From Nageia nagi (lineage: Eukaryota > Plantae > Pinophyta), in the NCBI GenBank assembly GCA_050084985.1, contig JBITNC010000001.1, positions 113,336,001 through 113,400,000 on the forward strand: a DNA stretch of 64,000 nt, read 5' to 3'. Position 1 is the stretch's first letter. Each line of letters starts with the position of its first letter. This document shows, one piece after another, positions 40,236-52,823 of the stretch. The notes beneath the pieces were generated by a model. It had not been told where the DNA came from. It ran no database searches and saw nothing but the letters and a program-made list of their open reading frames with translations. A program made the translations under genes and the position numbers.

Positions 40236-43200
40236 ATGAGTTCCAAATTTGAGAGGAGATTTATTGCAATGGAGAATAATATGACTAGAATCATGGAGTT
40301 ACTTCAAGGAAGACAATCTAGAGAAGAACCAAAGATACTTGAGTATGATAGAATACCGTTTGATGATGTTAGGGCTTCTCATGCCAATACATCATTTACA
40401 TTAACACTAGAGGTGAAGGTGGAGATACCTACTTCTAGAGGAGTGTTAGATATCAAGAAGCTCAAAAATTGGTTGAAACAACTTGAGGTATACTTTTAGG
40501 TTCAATGTGTTGAAAATGATGTTAAGAAAATTTTATTTCTAAGGTTAAAAATGGGAGTTCATGCATTGGTTTGGTAGTAGAGTCATGTGGAATCTCTTAA
40601 ACATGAGAACCAACTACCCATCTTTTTTTGGGAATAATTCAAACGTTTGTTGAGAGATAAATTCTATCCATTGGATCATCACAATAAGCAAGTCATGAAA
40701 TGGCAATTTCTTTGCCAATAAAAAGGAAAATCAATTCAAGAATACACAACTAACTTTAGGAGATAAATAAATCTACTTGGGATTTCTTTTGAGGATCATT
40801 AAATTTTGATGAAGTATATCGTATTTTTGTATGCTCATTTGTAAGATTTCATTATGTTGTTCTCTCCTACTAATTTTGACAAAGTTCATGTACAAGCTTA
40901 ATATTTGGAAGAAGATGGAAGGAAAAAATAATAATTTGTGAACTCTAAGAAAAATTCCAATAATAAAGGGAATCAAGAGGGAAATAAATCTTAAGATAAA
41001 GCTAAAGGGAAATAACAAGAGAAGAAAACCATGAATACTTCAAAGAAAAAAGGTAAGAATAGACATTATTAACATTGTCACAAAGTTGTACATGTAGATG
41101 AGAAGTGTTGGAAACTTCATCTTGAATTTTACCCATATAAAAAGAAGAAGAAGAAGAAGAATTTGTATAAGCAGTATGTAATGGTCACCAAAAGTGAGGA
41201 AATTGAGGATAGTGGAGATTCTAATGAAAAAATTAAATGTGTCATCCAAGGATTTGGAGATGAAAAATACATTAAGGAAAAGATGAAATCACTATTCCAT
41301 GTCAAGATCTAAATCAAGGGTACAAAGATTGATTTTATCATGGATCTTGATTCTCAAAAAAATTTGATTGTTGAAATTTTGGTAAAAGAAATTAGGATTG
41401 AAAATAGAGAATCATCCTCATCTATATATATTGGGATGGATGCATAATGATGCAAAATTGCTAGTTGCAAAATAATTTAAGTTGAATTTCACCATTTCTT
41501 CAAAATTTAGTGATGAAGTAGTTTTGGATGTGGTGCCTCTTTAAATCTATGGTGTACCATTTGGTAATCCCTATTTGTGGGACAAAGATGCCATATATTA
41601 TCAAAGAAGGAATCAATATAGACTGATTAAATATGGGAAGTCTTATGTTGTTCATGCCTTTAAAAATACAAAAAAGATGCCTTTGGTCATAATAAGTCAA
41701 GTAAAAAGATTGGTAAACATCAATAAGAAATTTATATGACTCATGGTAAGAGCTACAAAATATGGATCAATGAAATGCACAATATTGATGCTACAACATG
41801 TACATTGTTGAGATAAGAAGATCTGATGTAGAAATTAGTACAAGAGTTACAAAGTGTGTTTGTTGAGACAAAATAACTACCACATATGTAGGAAATCTAG
41901 CATTAAATATAACTATTACCTGATTCCACTCTTCCTAACATAAGATTGTATAGGAAATCAATTTTAGATAAAGAAATGATAAACCAAAAACTTTAAGAGC
42001 TAGTTGATCAATGTGTGATTATACCCAATACTTCTCTATGTGGTTCACTTGTATCTTGGTACAAAAGAAGGATGGATCATGAAGAATGTACATTTATTAT
42101 AGGGTGTTGAATAATATAACCATAAAGAATCATTATCCATTGCCTTGGATATATGATCTTATGGATAATTTGCAAGAGGCAAGGTATTTTACCAAGTTGG
42201 ACATGAGGATAAGGTATTATCAAGTAAGGATCAAAGATGAAAATATTTGGAAGACTAACTTAAAGATCAAATAAGGTTTATATGAATGGTTAGTTTTACA
42301 TTTTAGGTTGTGTAATGCACTTTCCACCTTCATGAGGGTAATGAATAATGTTCTTATACCATATATTGATTCCTTTTTTGTTATGTATCTTGATGATATT
42401 ATGATTTATAGTTGAACTTGGGATGAACACTTAGCACATCTTAGGAAAGTTCTTCAAACTTTGTACAAACAAAACTTGTTTTTGAAGGAAATAAAATGTG
42501 AGTTTAGTAAGAAATATTTGGTGCACTTATGACATGTCATTTGTGAATGAAAACTTAGGATAGATCCTACACATTTTAAGGCCATTGTTGAATAATGAAG
42601 ACCTAGCAATGTGACTAAGATAAGAAGTTTTCTAGGAGTTTTTCAATACCTAAGAAAGTTTATGGTTGATTTTTCCAATAACGCTTCACCATTGTTTGAT
42701 ATTACATGAGGAAAGAAGCAAGGTTTTGTATGGGAAGAGAAATAAAAAACTTCATTTAACTTACTCAAGCAAAATATTAGTAATGCACTTATTTTGGTAC
42801 TAACTAATTTGTAGTAACCATTTCAAATTAAAATTGATGTTAGTGAGTATGCCATTGGGGTATTCTTAATGCAAGAAATAATACCTATTTTCCATTATTA
42901 TAATAAGTTTAGTGTAGCAATTTTAAACTATTTTACATATGATAAGGTATTGTATGCATTGGCATAGGTAGTAAAGAAATGGAAGTACTACTTAATGGGG
43001 AAAGAGATCATAATTCATATTGATCATCAACCATTACAATATTTTCAAACTCAATCAAAGTTGCAACAAGAAAGGTAATTCATATGGATGGGGTTTTTGA
43101 AATAGTTCCATCTCATTATTAAATACAAAAAAGGAAACACCAATAAAATTGCCTACATGCTTTTAATACAACAAATAGAAATAGGAATGGTGTTGATGCC

Positions 43201-44057
43201 CTATGAGCCTCAAATAACAATACCTATATCATTGCAAGAGTGAAAATTTATATCTCTTATGATAATTAATTTTTATCCATTTATTTTTGAGGCATTTCAA
43301 GAAGCATATATGCAAGATGCAGATTTTAGAGAGAGATATTAGAGGATGAAACAACCATCTACACCAAATTATGAATATATGGATGAATTCACCTTAAGGA
43401 TGGTATTCTCCAAAGTATAATGAATTATGTTTTTCTTAAGGAGAGAGAATTGGATTGATAAGAGAGGCTCATACTTCAAAAAGTGTTAGACATTTTTGGG
43501 TTGGTAAGATAATAGAAAATTTGTAAAGGTATGTATATTGGCCAATTATGCGAGAGCAAGATTTGAAGTATATAAGGGGGTGTGTAATGTGTTGCACTAA
43601 CAAGTTTAATAATCATAAATTGGATTTGTATCAGCCACTTCTAGTTCCTAATCATCTTGGGAAATAATTTCAATGGAATTTTGTATGAGGATTACTAATT
43701 TCCATGAAAGGGAATGACTATTTATTTGTGATTTTTGATAGATTTAACAAGATATGTATGCTAATTCCATCCAAGAAGACTATAAAAGGTCAAGAAGTTA
43801 TCCATATCTTATTTTCTCACATGTGGGTTCATTTTATATTACCTAATTCTACATATAGAGATTCTAGATTTTTGGGTAAGTTTTGGACTAGTTTATGGGA
43901 GAAGATAGATACTAGAATAAAATGAAGTACTAGTTTTCATCCTTAAATATATGGAAAAATTGAAGTGATTAATAGGAAAATGATTCATTTGTTAAGTGGT
44001 TATTGTGAAAAATATCTAAACTCTCCATTTGAAACTTGTTATGCATTTTTCCACCAT
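40236..44057 (+). pseudogene. gag-pol remnant (INT C-terminus resumes at 51778-52185)
   Basis: EVKVEIP..KLKNWLKQLEVYF; HCHKVVHVDEKCWKLH knuckle; DFIMDLDSQKNLI (PR); [27 protein letters not shown] (RT); IDVSEYAIG, DHQPLQY (RH); GNDYLFVIFDRFNK, RDSRFLGKFW (INT); SPFETCY before the hAT and IRYGPF..NAFKLDLP after it. Confidence 0.92.
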
Positions 44058-44587
44058 CAGGGTTCATTTTAAGAGCCCTTTCTAAAATGTAGCTTGGAAA
44101 TTTTTTGGTGAATTAGATTCTTAAGTGAGGCAATTTTAATAAAATTTTTAAAAAATACAAAGGAAAATTTGAATCTTGAGAAAAAAATAATGTATATTTT
44201 TTGATGAATTTGAAGATTCATTATTTTTTATGGTAACAAACTTCTACCAGGTGCAGGGGTGGTAGTAGCTTTCGGGTGTTAGTAGGTTGTTGATGGGCGA
44301 TGATAGGCTGCTATCGAGTGGTGGCAAGCTACTACCAAGTAGTAGTAGAATACCACTGCATGGTAGTAGCACTTTGCTACTGCATGGTAGTAGATTCTAG
44401 AATGCTACTATACTAGCATACTACAGCCTACTGCCATCATTACACATGCCAAGTCATGATGTCACATGTCTATTCTCTATAAATAAGGAATATATGACTC
44501 ATTTTTTCATTTTGTCATTTTGTCCACCTATCTAAAGCTATCTTTTTCTATAATTCTTATCAAATATTCTCTCCAACCTATAGTAGG

Positions 44588-47500
44588 ATGCCACATTATC
44601 CACTTTTTTAATAAATAAGATTTAGGTAGAACTTTCAAATTATTCTATCTTGTGACTTGTCAAAGCTATTTTTTTTATCTTTTCGTAATCATTTTTTATT
44701 GCATCATTTTACTTTTAGACATAGTTTTTTACTTTTTAGCATAATGTTAAACACTCCTAAAAAATATTGTCTCTCATCATCCACCAATCATTGATTTTCA
44801 TATAGAAATTTATCATGCCATGGTATTTTATCTTTTTTTACCTCAAATTGTTATTTAGATTGGGTGAACTAGACAATGCTTGGAGGTCTTATTTTTATGC
44901 TCAATTTAAAATAGATTTCAATTTACTAGACTATTTTTATGCTCAATTTAAAATAGATTTCAATTTACTAGACTATCTTATGTATTGCTATGATACTAAA
45001 TAAGCAATGTTTAATATGGTAACAGAATCAAGGAGCTTTTCTTTTGGTGATTCTCCTATAGATGCAGGTTGGTTGATTGGTTTACCGCATCATGGTCATG
45101 AGGTACTTGAAAGTTACATCAAAATCCCTCTTATCTTCAAAAGATAAACACTATTTATAAACAAATTACTAGATTCAAATTGATTTTAATTGTAAGTTAT
45201 TTTTCAAAATTCGTTATAATTAACTTCATCCATTAATTTATAACTTAAAATTTATTAATTATTTGCATCCATTTTATGCAGTATATCAAAAAAAAGAGGA
45301 ATTATGTATAAAAATTTCTCAAATGATTACTTTAAAAGATTTTATGAATTTTTTCAAGCCAAAATTATTTTGTAAGGAAGAACATTAGACATTCCAACAT
45401 GGTCTATAGTCTACATCCTCCATTCATTGAGTGGTAAAAAATGTGACTAGTCTTCGTATATTTCAAATAGAATTAAACATGATCTGAACTTTTCCCTTCA
45501 AAATGAAAATAGTTATGTGGCATGTACAAATTTTATTTTGGATTTTTATTGTGAAGTTTTTCATAATTTAGTAAATATAGCTCCAATTCCAACAACGTTG
45601 CATTCACAAATGAATCATGAGCTTTACCAACCGAAGAAATTTAGGTATCTACAAATTATAATAATTTTAGATTTTAACATTTTTGAATATGAATAATTAT
45701 TTTATGAATATTAAAAAAATTATATTATTTTAGTATTAGGAAGAAAAAATATTAAAGAAAATGGAAGCAAAACTTAGAGGATTTCATCTTGAAGGTGGTG
45801 GTGATATTGAGTCTACAAACACTAGTAGTTAAACACTAGTAGTTCGCTAATATTTAGAAGATCAACTACTAGGAAGATAAGGAATGTATCACCTCCTACT
45901 ATTGGTGAAATTTCAATGAATACAAGTATTTTTTATTATAGTTGACATATTTTTGTTATTCAATTATATAAATTATTTAAGTTTTCAACATATTGTTGTG
46001 GTTATAGGAGAAGTTAATGTAGCTATTCCCAAAAGGAGTTATCTTGAAAGGAATTTGAGTTTTGAGTTTGGAATTGGAGATCAATATTTCTAATGTATTG
46101 ATGGTCCAATAGAATAAGGAGGTAAAGTTGCTATTTTTTGTATGTCTCTATAATGGTCTAGTGCTACTGTGCCATGCATGGTGTTATCAGGCAATGGCAT
46201 AGTGTTACCAAGTAGTGGTATGGTACCATCACTCGATATCACCATGCCATCGCTTAGTAGCACCATGCCACCACTCGTTAGCAATATGCCACCATGTGAA
46301 TTTTTTATTTCTCTATCTTTATAACCCTATCTATAACTCTATAAATATATGTTTCCATGTAGTTCCTATTCTAGTTATCACAATTCTAGATTAAGAAATT
46401 GCAAATTCACCTACTTAATTGATTCAACCGACATCATCTACTCCTTCATTAGGTAAATATTTTTGAATTTTTTTATCTAAATTTGTTATCTATTATATAT
46501 GAGTTCATATTCATTAATACATAATATTTTGATACAGGTGGTAGGTTAGGTTCTCAAAAAGGGAGGTCACTCGTGCCTCCATCACCAATTCCACATCCAA
46601 TCTCCATAAGAAGAGTAGAAAAATATCTTAATTTATAATAAGATCATCCTTCTATGAGAAACAAAATGGTTAACTTATCAAGAATCTCTTCTTTTCCTGA
46701 CCTTGATTTAGAGGATGTATAGAGTGTTGGCATTATCAATTTATGAAATATACAATTAGATGTGGATAATTTGGGAATTAATAGTGGTTCAAATTCTCAA
46801 TTGAGTACCCATAATATTATTCAGATTCAAGTTAATATTTCTCAACCTTATTATCCTTAATAAGCAAGTTATGTACCACATCCACAAAGCATGCAAGACA
46901 TTATTGGTAAAATGAATGATGAACTTACATACTTTCCATTGAATGTACTTATTTTAGATGATACGTCAGCACAACTAAATGATGTTGAACTAGATAACAT
47001 AAATACTTTATATACATGGGACATATGGGCCAAATAATTGATAAAGGAAGTCAATAGCCATTATCACAATCATTCTCAATAAGATTTTTTGTATAAATTG
47101 GTTGAGAATGAACCTACCAAAATAGAAAGTTTAAGGGCTCAAGCACAAGTAGGTCCAATAAATGTGCAAAGTGGATATGATGATAATGTAATGGGTATTA
47201 TGTGTAACCATTTGAAAATTTTAAATGCAGAAGCTCAAGCTTATTATGACCTTTAATTGAGAGAAAAAAATGATAGATATGGAAAAGGCCTAAAAAAAAC
47301 AAGCTGAGGTAACAATGTACTTTTCAATCTTTACATATTTTTATTTATGTTTTAAAAATCTAAATTTCTTGAATTTTAATATTTCTATATTGTTATTTGA
47401 TTGCATGGGAGGTATGATAAATTGATAAAAAATGTTTAAATATTTAATATTCATTTGAAAACTACAAAAAAAAGTATGAGTATGACCATTCAAATGAAGG

Positions 47501-47745
47501 ATGAAATGGCTCAGTTAAGAAAAATAAATAATGTTTATATTCTGACAATCAAGGATCATCAACTTGATCTAGATATCTTATGGAAAGAGAAAACAGTTGC
47601 AAATTTGAGTTTATTTTCAGTAGACAATGCATATTTCTCAAAATGAGATATAGTATGTAATCTTGTCGAAGCAGCCACTTTTGTTAGTATTTCATTAGAT
47701 GAGCCAGAGTGTTTAATAGTACGAGAAGGGGGAGAGGTATCTTAA
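44588..47745 (+). pseudogene. Multi-exon accessory gene with Plant Mobile Domain (aminotransferase-like PMD)-like N-terminus, low-complexity middle and coiled-coil-like end
   Basis: IDFNLLDYLMYCYDTK*AMFNM..FSFGDSPIDAGWLIGLPHHGHEV resembles the PMD D..L+..L+..W..E...F...T+TL.DV..+LGLP..G..V motif; KKCD*SSYISNRIKHDL...VACTNFILDFYCEVF resembles the PMD C-terminal motif; GT-AG introns at about 45192-45281, 45645-45739, 45926-46007, 46122-46362, 46453-46537 and from 47309. Confidence 0.65.
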
Positions 47746-48259
47746 TTTGATTTCTTGCTATTGAAACTACTTTGGTTTAAATTTCTATTGAGACTACTTT
47801 GATTGTTTAAAGTAATTTGGTTTTAAGACTATTTTTAATATATTTCAAAATGGTTGAATGCTATGTTATGTTATGGTTGAATTTTATGTTATGGTTGAAT
47901 GTTATCTTATGTTTGAAATATTGTATTTGTTCAAATTTAAATAGTTGATATGAAAATATTATGGTTGATTATTATGGTTAATGTTATATTTTAAATATTA
48001 TATTTGTTCAAATTTAAATAGTTGATATGAAAATATTTCATTTAAAATGGTTTTCAAAAATATTTTAATGTTTTATAAGAAAATATTTTACCCAAAAATA
48101 ACATGTAACAAATACTTTACATAAATATGCAAAAATACTAACTTAAATTATAAGCTAATAATAACATGTAATAAATTTGATTAGAAAACTAAAATATACA
48201 TAACTACAAGTATTTAAAATTCGAATCCTTTAGCAATTTATATTAGACATGTATTTTAA

Positions 48260-50780
48260 ATTTGAAATCTTTGGTAACTTGTTTTGTTTTGGCCTTTTTT
48301 GGTGTTGTTGTGCAAGTTTCTGTTGGAGCATTTTCTTCATGATTATCTAAACCTCTCATTTTTGTAATAGAAAACCAAAGATCCACTACCCTTTCTATGG
48401 GAAAAGAATCCACAAAATAAGGGGAAATATATAATCTAATACATGTATCCTAAATTTTGTTGAAGCTTGGATTTAATAAAAGATAAAGCACTAAATACTC
48501 TTTCATATTAAACAAAACCTAAAATCATTATTTGACATAATTCATATAATCTAAAATACTTACTAATATTGTCTTGAAGAATTGTACTTGGATAAAGTTT
48601 TACCCAAAGACATTTAATAGCATCATTTTTTATTAGTTTTGATAAAGAGAGTATTGATCAATCATAGCAAGTCCAAAATGGTTGGCTTATTTTGTTAACA
48701 ACTCTTTATTTAAAATACCATTAACTTTTAGTCCATTTACTTCTACAACTTTAGCAAAATTTGATTCAAGAATTACCATATTTTTACGAAACAAATCGCA
48801 AATTAAATGTTGACCTTATTTGTATTCCAAAATTTAGGATTCACAATAGCCATTGATTCAAGTAAATCATCTCATTTAAATTTTTCACAAATTTCATTGG
48901 CTAAGGTTGTAGAAATCTTCATAAATACAATTATAAAAAAAGAAGATGATTTACAGGTTCATCTTCATATTCTACTCCAACCAAATCCCTTCAAATATTT
49001 TGAACATGCAATAGTATCAACTTTTCTTTAACATCTATACAAAGATGATCATTGATATTAAATTTCAAAAATTTGTATGGATATTTAACATTTATCAAAT
49101 TTTTCCATCTTTGAAATAAAGGACCTTTAAAACTATCTTCACCTATATAAATCATATTCAAAGATAAAGATACCTATTTTCTCAAAGACATAAAATTATA
49201 TATATATATATATATATAGATGGAGCATGTTTCATTAAAGTATTGATTTCTTGTAACATTGAAAGAATTCTACATAATGTCAACAATATTTGAAAATCTA
49301 TCAAACGGAATATTAAATCTTTTACTTTATCAATTGTATTACGATGTTCATACATATAACCAATTAAAGATGGATATTCGAGCAAAACTCATTTTGCTGG
49401 TTCATGCAATAAAATCCATAATATATCAACATATTTTAAAAACTTATTTTCATCAATTATTCCAATAGAGAAATTTTTGAACTCCCTATATCTTTGTGGG
49501 CTTCTTATGATATATGCATGCAAGTCACAAATAAGCTCTTCCACTTTTGATATGCTTATAAAAGTGTTGACAATTCTATATGCAAGGTTCATTCTATGAA
49601 CCATATAATGAATGGGAATCATATATGGAGAAGTTGTAGTCTCTAATCTAACACAAAGATCATTCTAATTACCTTGCATTACTAATGCACCATCTGCTCC
49701 AACACATATCAATTTTATAGCAATTTCATAATCATCCATTCTAACAAAACAACTAACTTGTAAAGATTTTTTGCATTAAAATTTTCATCCATTTTATGAA
49801 CATTCAATAGATGTGGTATCCTACAATTATTTTGAAAAAGTGTATACATGCATGCAAATCCATGAAGTATTGTCCATTGTTGTAACTTCATCAAGTGAAA
49901 GTGAAATAAATTGTGATTTTTTAATATTTTGTTTAAATTCTTAATCTAAACCATTGAAAAATATTTTGCCATTTCCCAAGCCCTTATCTCTGACCAATGC
50001 TTTTGTGGTATATTTTGTAATCCAACTCTTTGATATAAAACTTTAAAATTTATAAAATTAGAAATAGTCCTACCCTATTTAAGAATACGAAAGATAGTAC
50101 AGAATTGAGTAAATTTTGCTGACCTTTTTGCATCACTAATTTATTCAAAATGTGTTTATATTATTTCACCTTTCTCTTGTAGATCTTATTTTTCCTTCAT
50201 ATACTTGTCATATTCTGCTTGATATCATAAGTGATTGCACTCATATTTAATTTTATCCCTCCAATACTTAATTATTTTTCCATTTTCATCTATTTTTTTG
50301 TAATATAATTTACCATGATATTTTTGGATTGTATCTATTTTTAGTTGCATTCAATGTTCTCTTTTTATTACCTAAAAACATATCTTACATTTACATTTGG
50401 TTGGATAATTTCAATAACTAGATTCAATTGGTTCAATGAATGAAATTTTTTCTACCCAATCAACTTGAAAAACTCTTCCAATAATCCATGTTGCACTTCA
50501 TTTTCTTTTCAACTTGGGATTTTTTTTTTGTAGGTTTCTCTATAGATTTGTTTGTACATTTTTCTATAGATTTTTTTGTACATTTTTCTATAGGTTTGTA
50601 TGTATATTTGTTTGTATATTTTTCTAAACATTTTTCAATAGATGTGTTAGGATTGTCATCAAGCAAAGGTGATCCATTTGTATGGTACTCAATTGTGAGT
50701 GGTTGTACATCAATTGTAATGAAAATATTATCATCAAGTGGCACATGATTATTGGGATTTTTTGCATATTGAAGGTAAAT
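48260..50780 (-). pseudogene. hAT transposase remnant (ZNF862/C17orf113-like type)
   Basis: KHWSEIRGWEMA; FISLSLDEVTTMDNTSWICMHVY; CVGADGALVMQG; IPIHYMVHRMNLA (CxxH region); SPQRYREF; dimerization-like DTCIRLY..FPIERVVDLW; small intron at about 48519-48566. Confidence 0.88.
50510..50642 (-). repeat. 12/24-bp coding tandem repeat in the transposase N-terminus
   Basis: TTTCTATAGATTTGTTTGTACATT-type units encoding IEKCTNKS-like octapeptides (ORF 50460-50744). Confidence 0.8.
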
Positions 50781-52823
50781 GGATATCTCTTATAATTCAA
50801 CATTCACATTGTATTTTATACATTTGGAATTGCAAATATTAAATTAAAAAATTACATATAAGTACCGGTATTAATTGAAGATGTTTATTGAATTCCTTTA
50901 TTTTGTGACTATCCATTAGCAAAATAAGATAATATACCCTTTTTATCCCCTTTTACTATTATTATTAGAGTTCATAATATATGTAATTAACAAGTGAATC
51001 AAAAATTTTAATATTGTACCAAATAGATGAATATTAGAAAGTTATTGAACTGATGCTACCACCATTTGTACGTAGAATGTTATCGAATGATAGTAGCATG
51101 CTACTGAAGGGTAGCATCATCCTACTATATAGAGGTAGTATGCTATCATCCAATAGAAAAATGATACCATCCAAAGGAATACTATTGTATGGAGGAAATA
51201 TGCTATTAGCTAGAGGTATGCTACCATATGGAGGTAGATGCCATCATTCGAAAGTAGATGCCACCATTTGGAAGAAAAATAACCATTTGGAGGTAGATGC
51301 CACCGTATGGAGGTATATTATACCATTCAAAGGTAGATGCAACCAATTTCATAAATACATTTCCAAATATTATGAAACATAAGAAGACTAGGAATAAGAT
51401 CTCACTTATTATCACAACTCTTTTTAGATCTTGTAGGCTATGTTGATATGCTCAATCAAAGGAGATCCAAAAGAAAATAACAATGGATGTATCAAATATA
51501 GATTAAGGTATTTAGATTGAATGATTTAGTCAAAATATAAATAATAATTTATAATTTCAAGGTGGAGTTGGTTATTTATTATTTCAAAATATTGGAAAAA
51601 AGTTATAAATTTAATTTAAAATATTAATTTGACTTGGCGACCTAGGTCAAAAAAAATAAAAATAAATTTTTTTTAGCGACATGGGTGTTGTTGTAACTCA
51701 AAAATTTTATCAATTTCCATTTTTAGAATTTATAAAATTTTCTTATCAGCAAATATTCATGGCTAAAATGAACCTTGACCAACATTACCTTTTAATTGTG
51801 TGTTTGAGGAGCAAAAGGATGATGATGTTTTAGTTGTATGTGAGGAGAAGCAAGTTGAACAATTCATTATAAATAAGGCAAATTCATTTAAAGGTTCAAC
51901 AACAACTCTAAATTAGCCAATTCAAATACAAGTTGAGGCATGATAAGCATAATGTTGACCATAAATTCCAAGTGGGAGATTAAGTTTGGTTGCATCTTAG
52001 TAAGGAGAGGTTACAATGACCAACCAAGGAGCTTAAACCAATTAGATATGGACCATTTTTTACTATAGATAAACTGACTAAGAATGCTTTTAAATTGGAT
52101 CTACCTTCTTACATGAATATCTATTACATTGTGAATATGGAGAACTTAAAGCTAATTGATCAATCCATGTTGACTGAAGAAGAATAAGAGATAGTGATTT
52201 GGTGTGATGGATCCATAAGAAGCATAATGTGGATATTATAGAGGCCTAGTTCATGGCATGGATGTACCTTCAAATGACTTGAGTGAGGAAATTGAATGGT
52301 TACAGTCATTTTATTTTTATAACTATTTGGGAAGTTATTTATGGTTTTTAAAAGTTGAATAATAATCCATGGTTGTATATCTACCTGTAAAATTTATTGT
52401 TCAAGTTGTTGATACTTTTCATGTTGAAGAGTTGAAGCATTCCTTTGATGCAAGGAGATTGCAGGAGTTGTAGAGTTAGGAAGGAGTTTTTATACATATG
52501 TTTATCCATATTATTGTATCTATAAAACCCATTTGAATCCCTATAATGAATAAGAGGAAATGTTAAACTAGATGTACTCCTACACTGGGAGGAACCAATA
52601 TAAATATCATATGTTATTTTGTATGCATATTTGACTTCTATTATTCTAAGTATTTTATCAATATTTCTACACATGCATACTTAATTTCGTAAGTGGATTC
52701 AATTGATTGAACAATGTTAATACCCTAAAACTAGACATTTATAAGTATCCACATTGTAGAATAAGTACAATTGGATTTAATTAAATTATATAAATGAAAT
52801 TTGTATATGATGAAATTATATCA

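Larger units (their letters stand above)
44058..51777. mobile_element. hAT DNA transposon, 7.7 kb, with two convergent genes
   Basis: TIRs CAGGGTTCATTTTA and TAAAATGAACCTTG; 8-bp TSD TCCACCAT/ACCAACAT (6 of 8); CTACCA/TGGTAG subterminal arrays at about 44245-44440 and 51050-51340; host Gypsy INT rejoins across it. Confidence 0.92.
39366..52823 (+). mobile_element. Ty3/Gypsy chromovirus-like LTR retrotransposon, interrupted by a hAT element
   Basis: LTRs about 39366-40060 and 52195-52823 (TGAT...ATCA); decayed tRNA-Met-like PBS TGATACTAGACC near 40063; flanks CCCA/CTCA; gag-PR-RT-RH-INT order without aRH. Confidence 0.9.

Noticed and set aside
49198-49218. (TA)n microsatellite
   Set aside because: Ordinary slippage expansion inside the dead transposase
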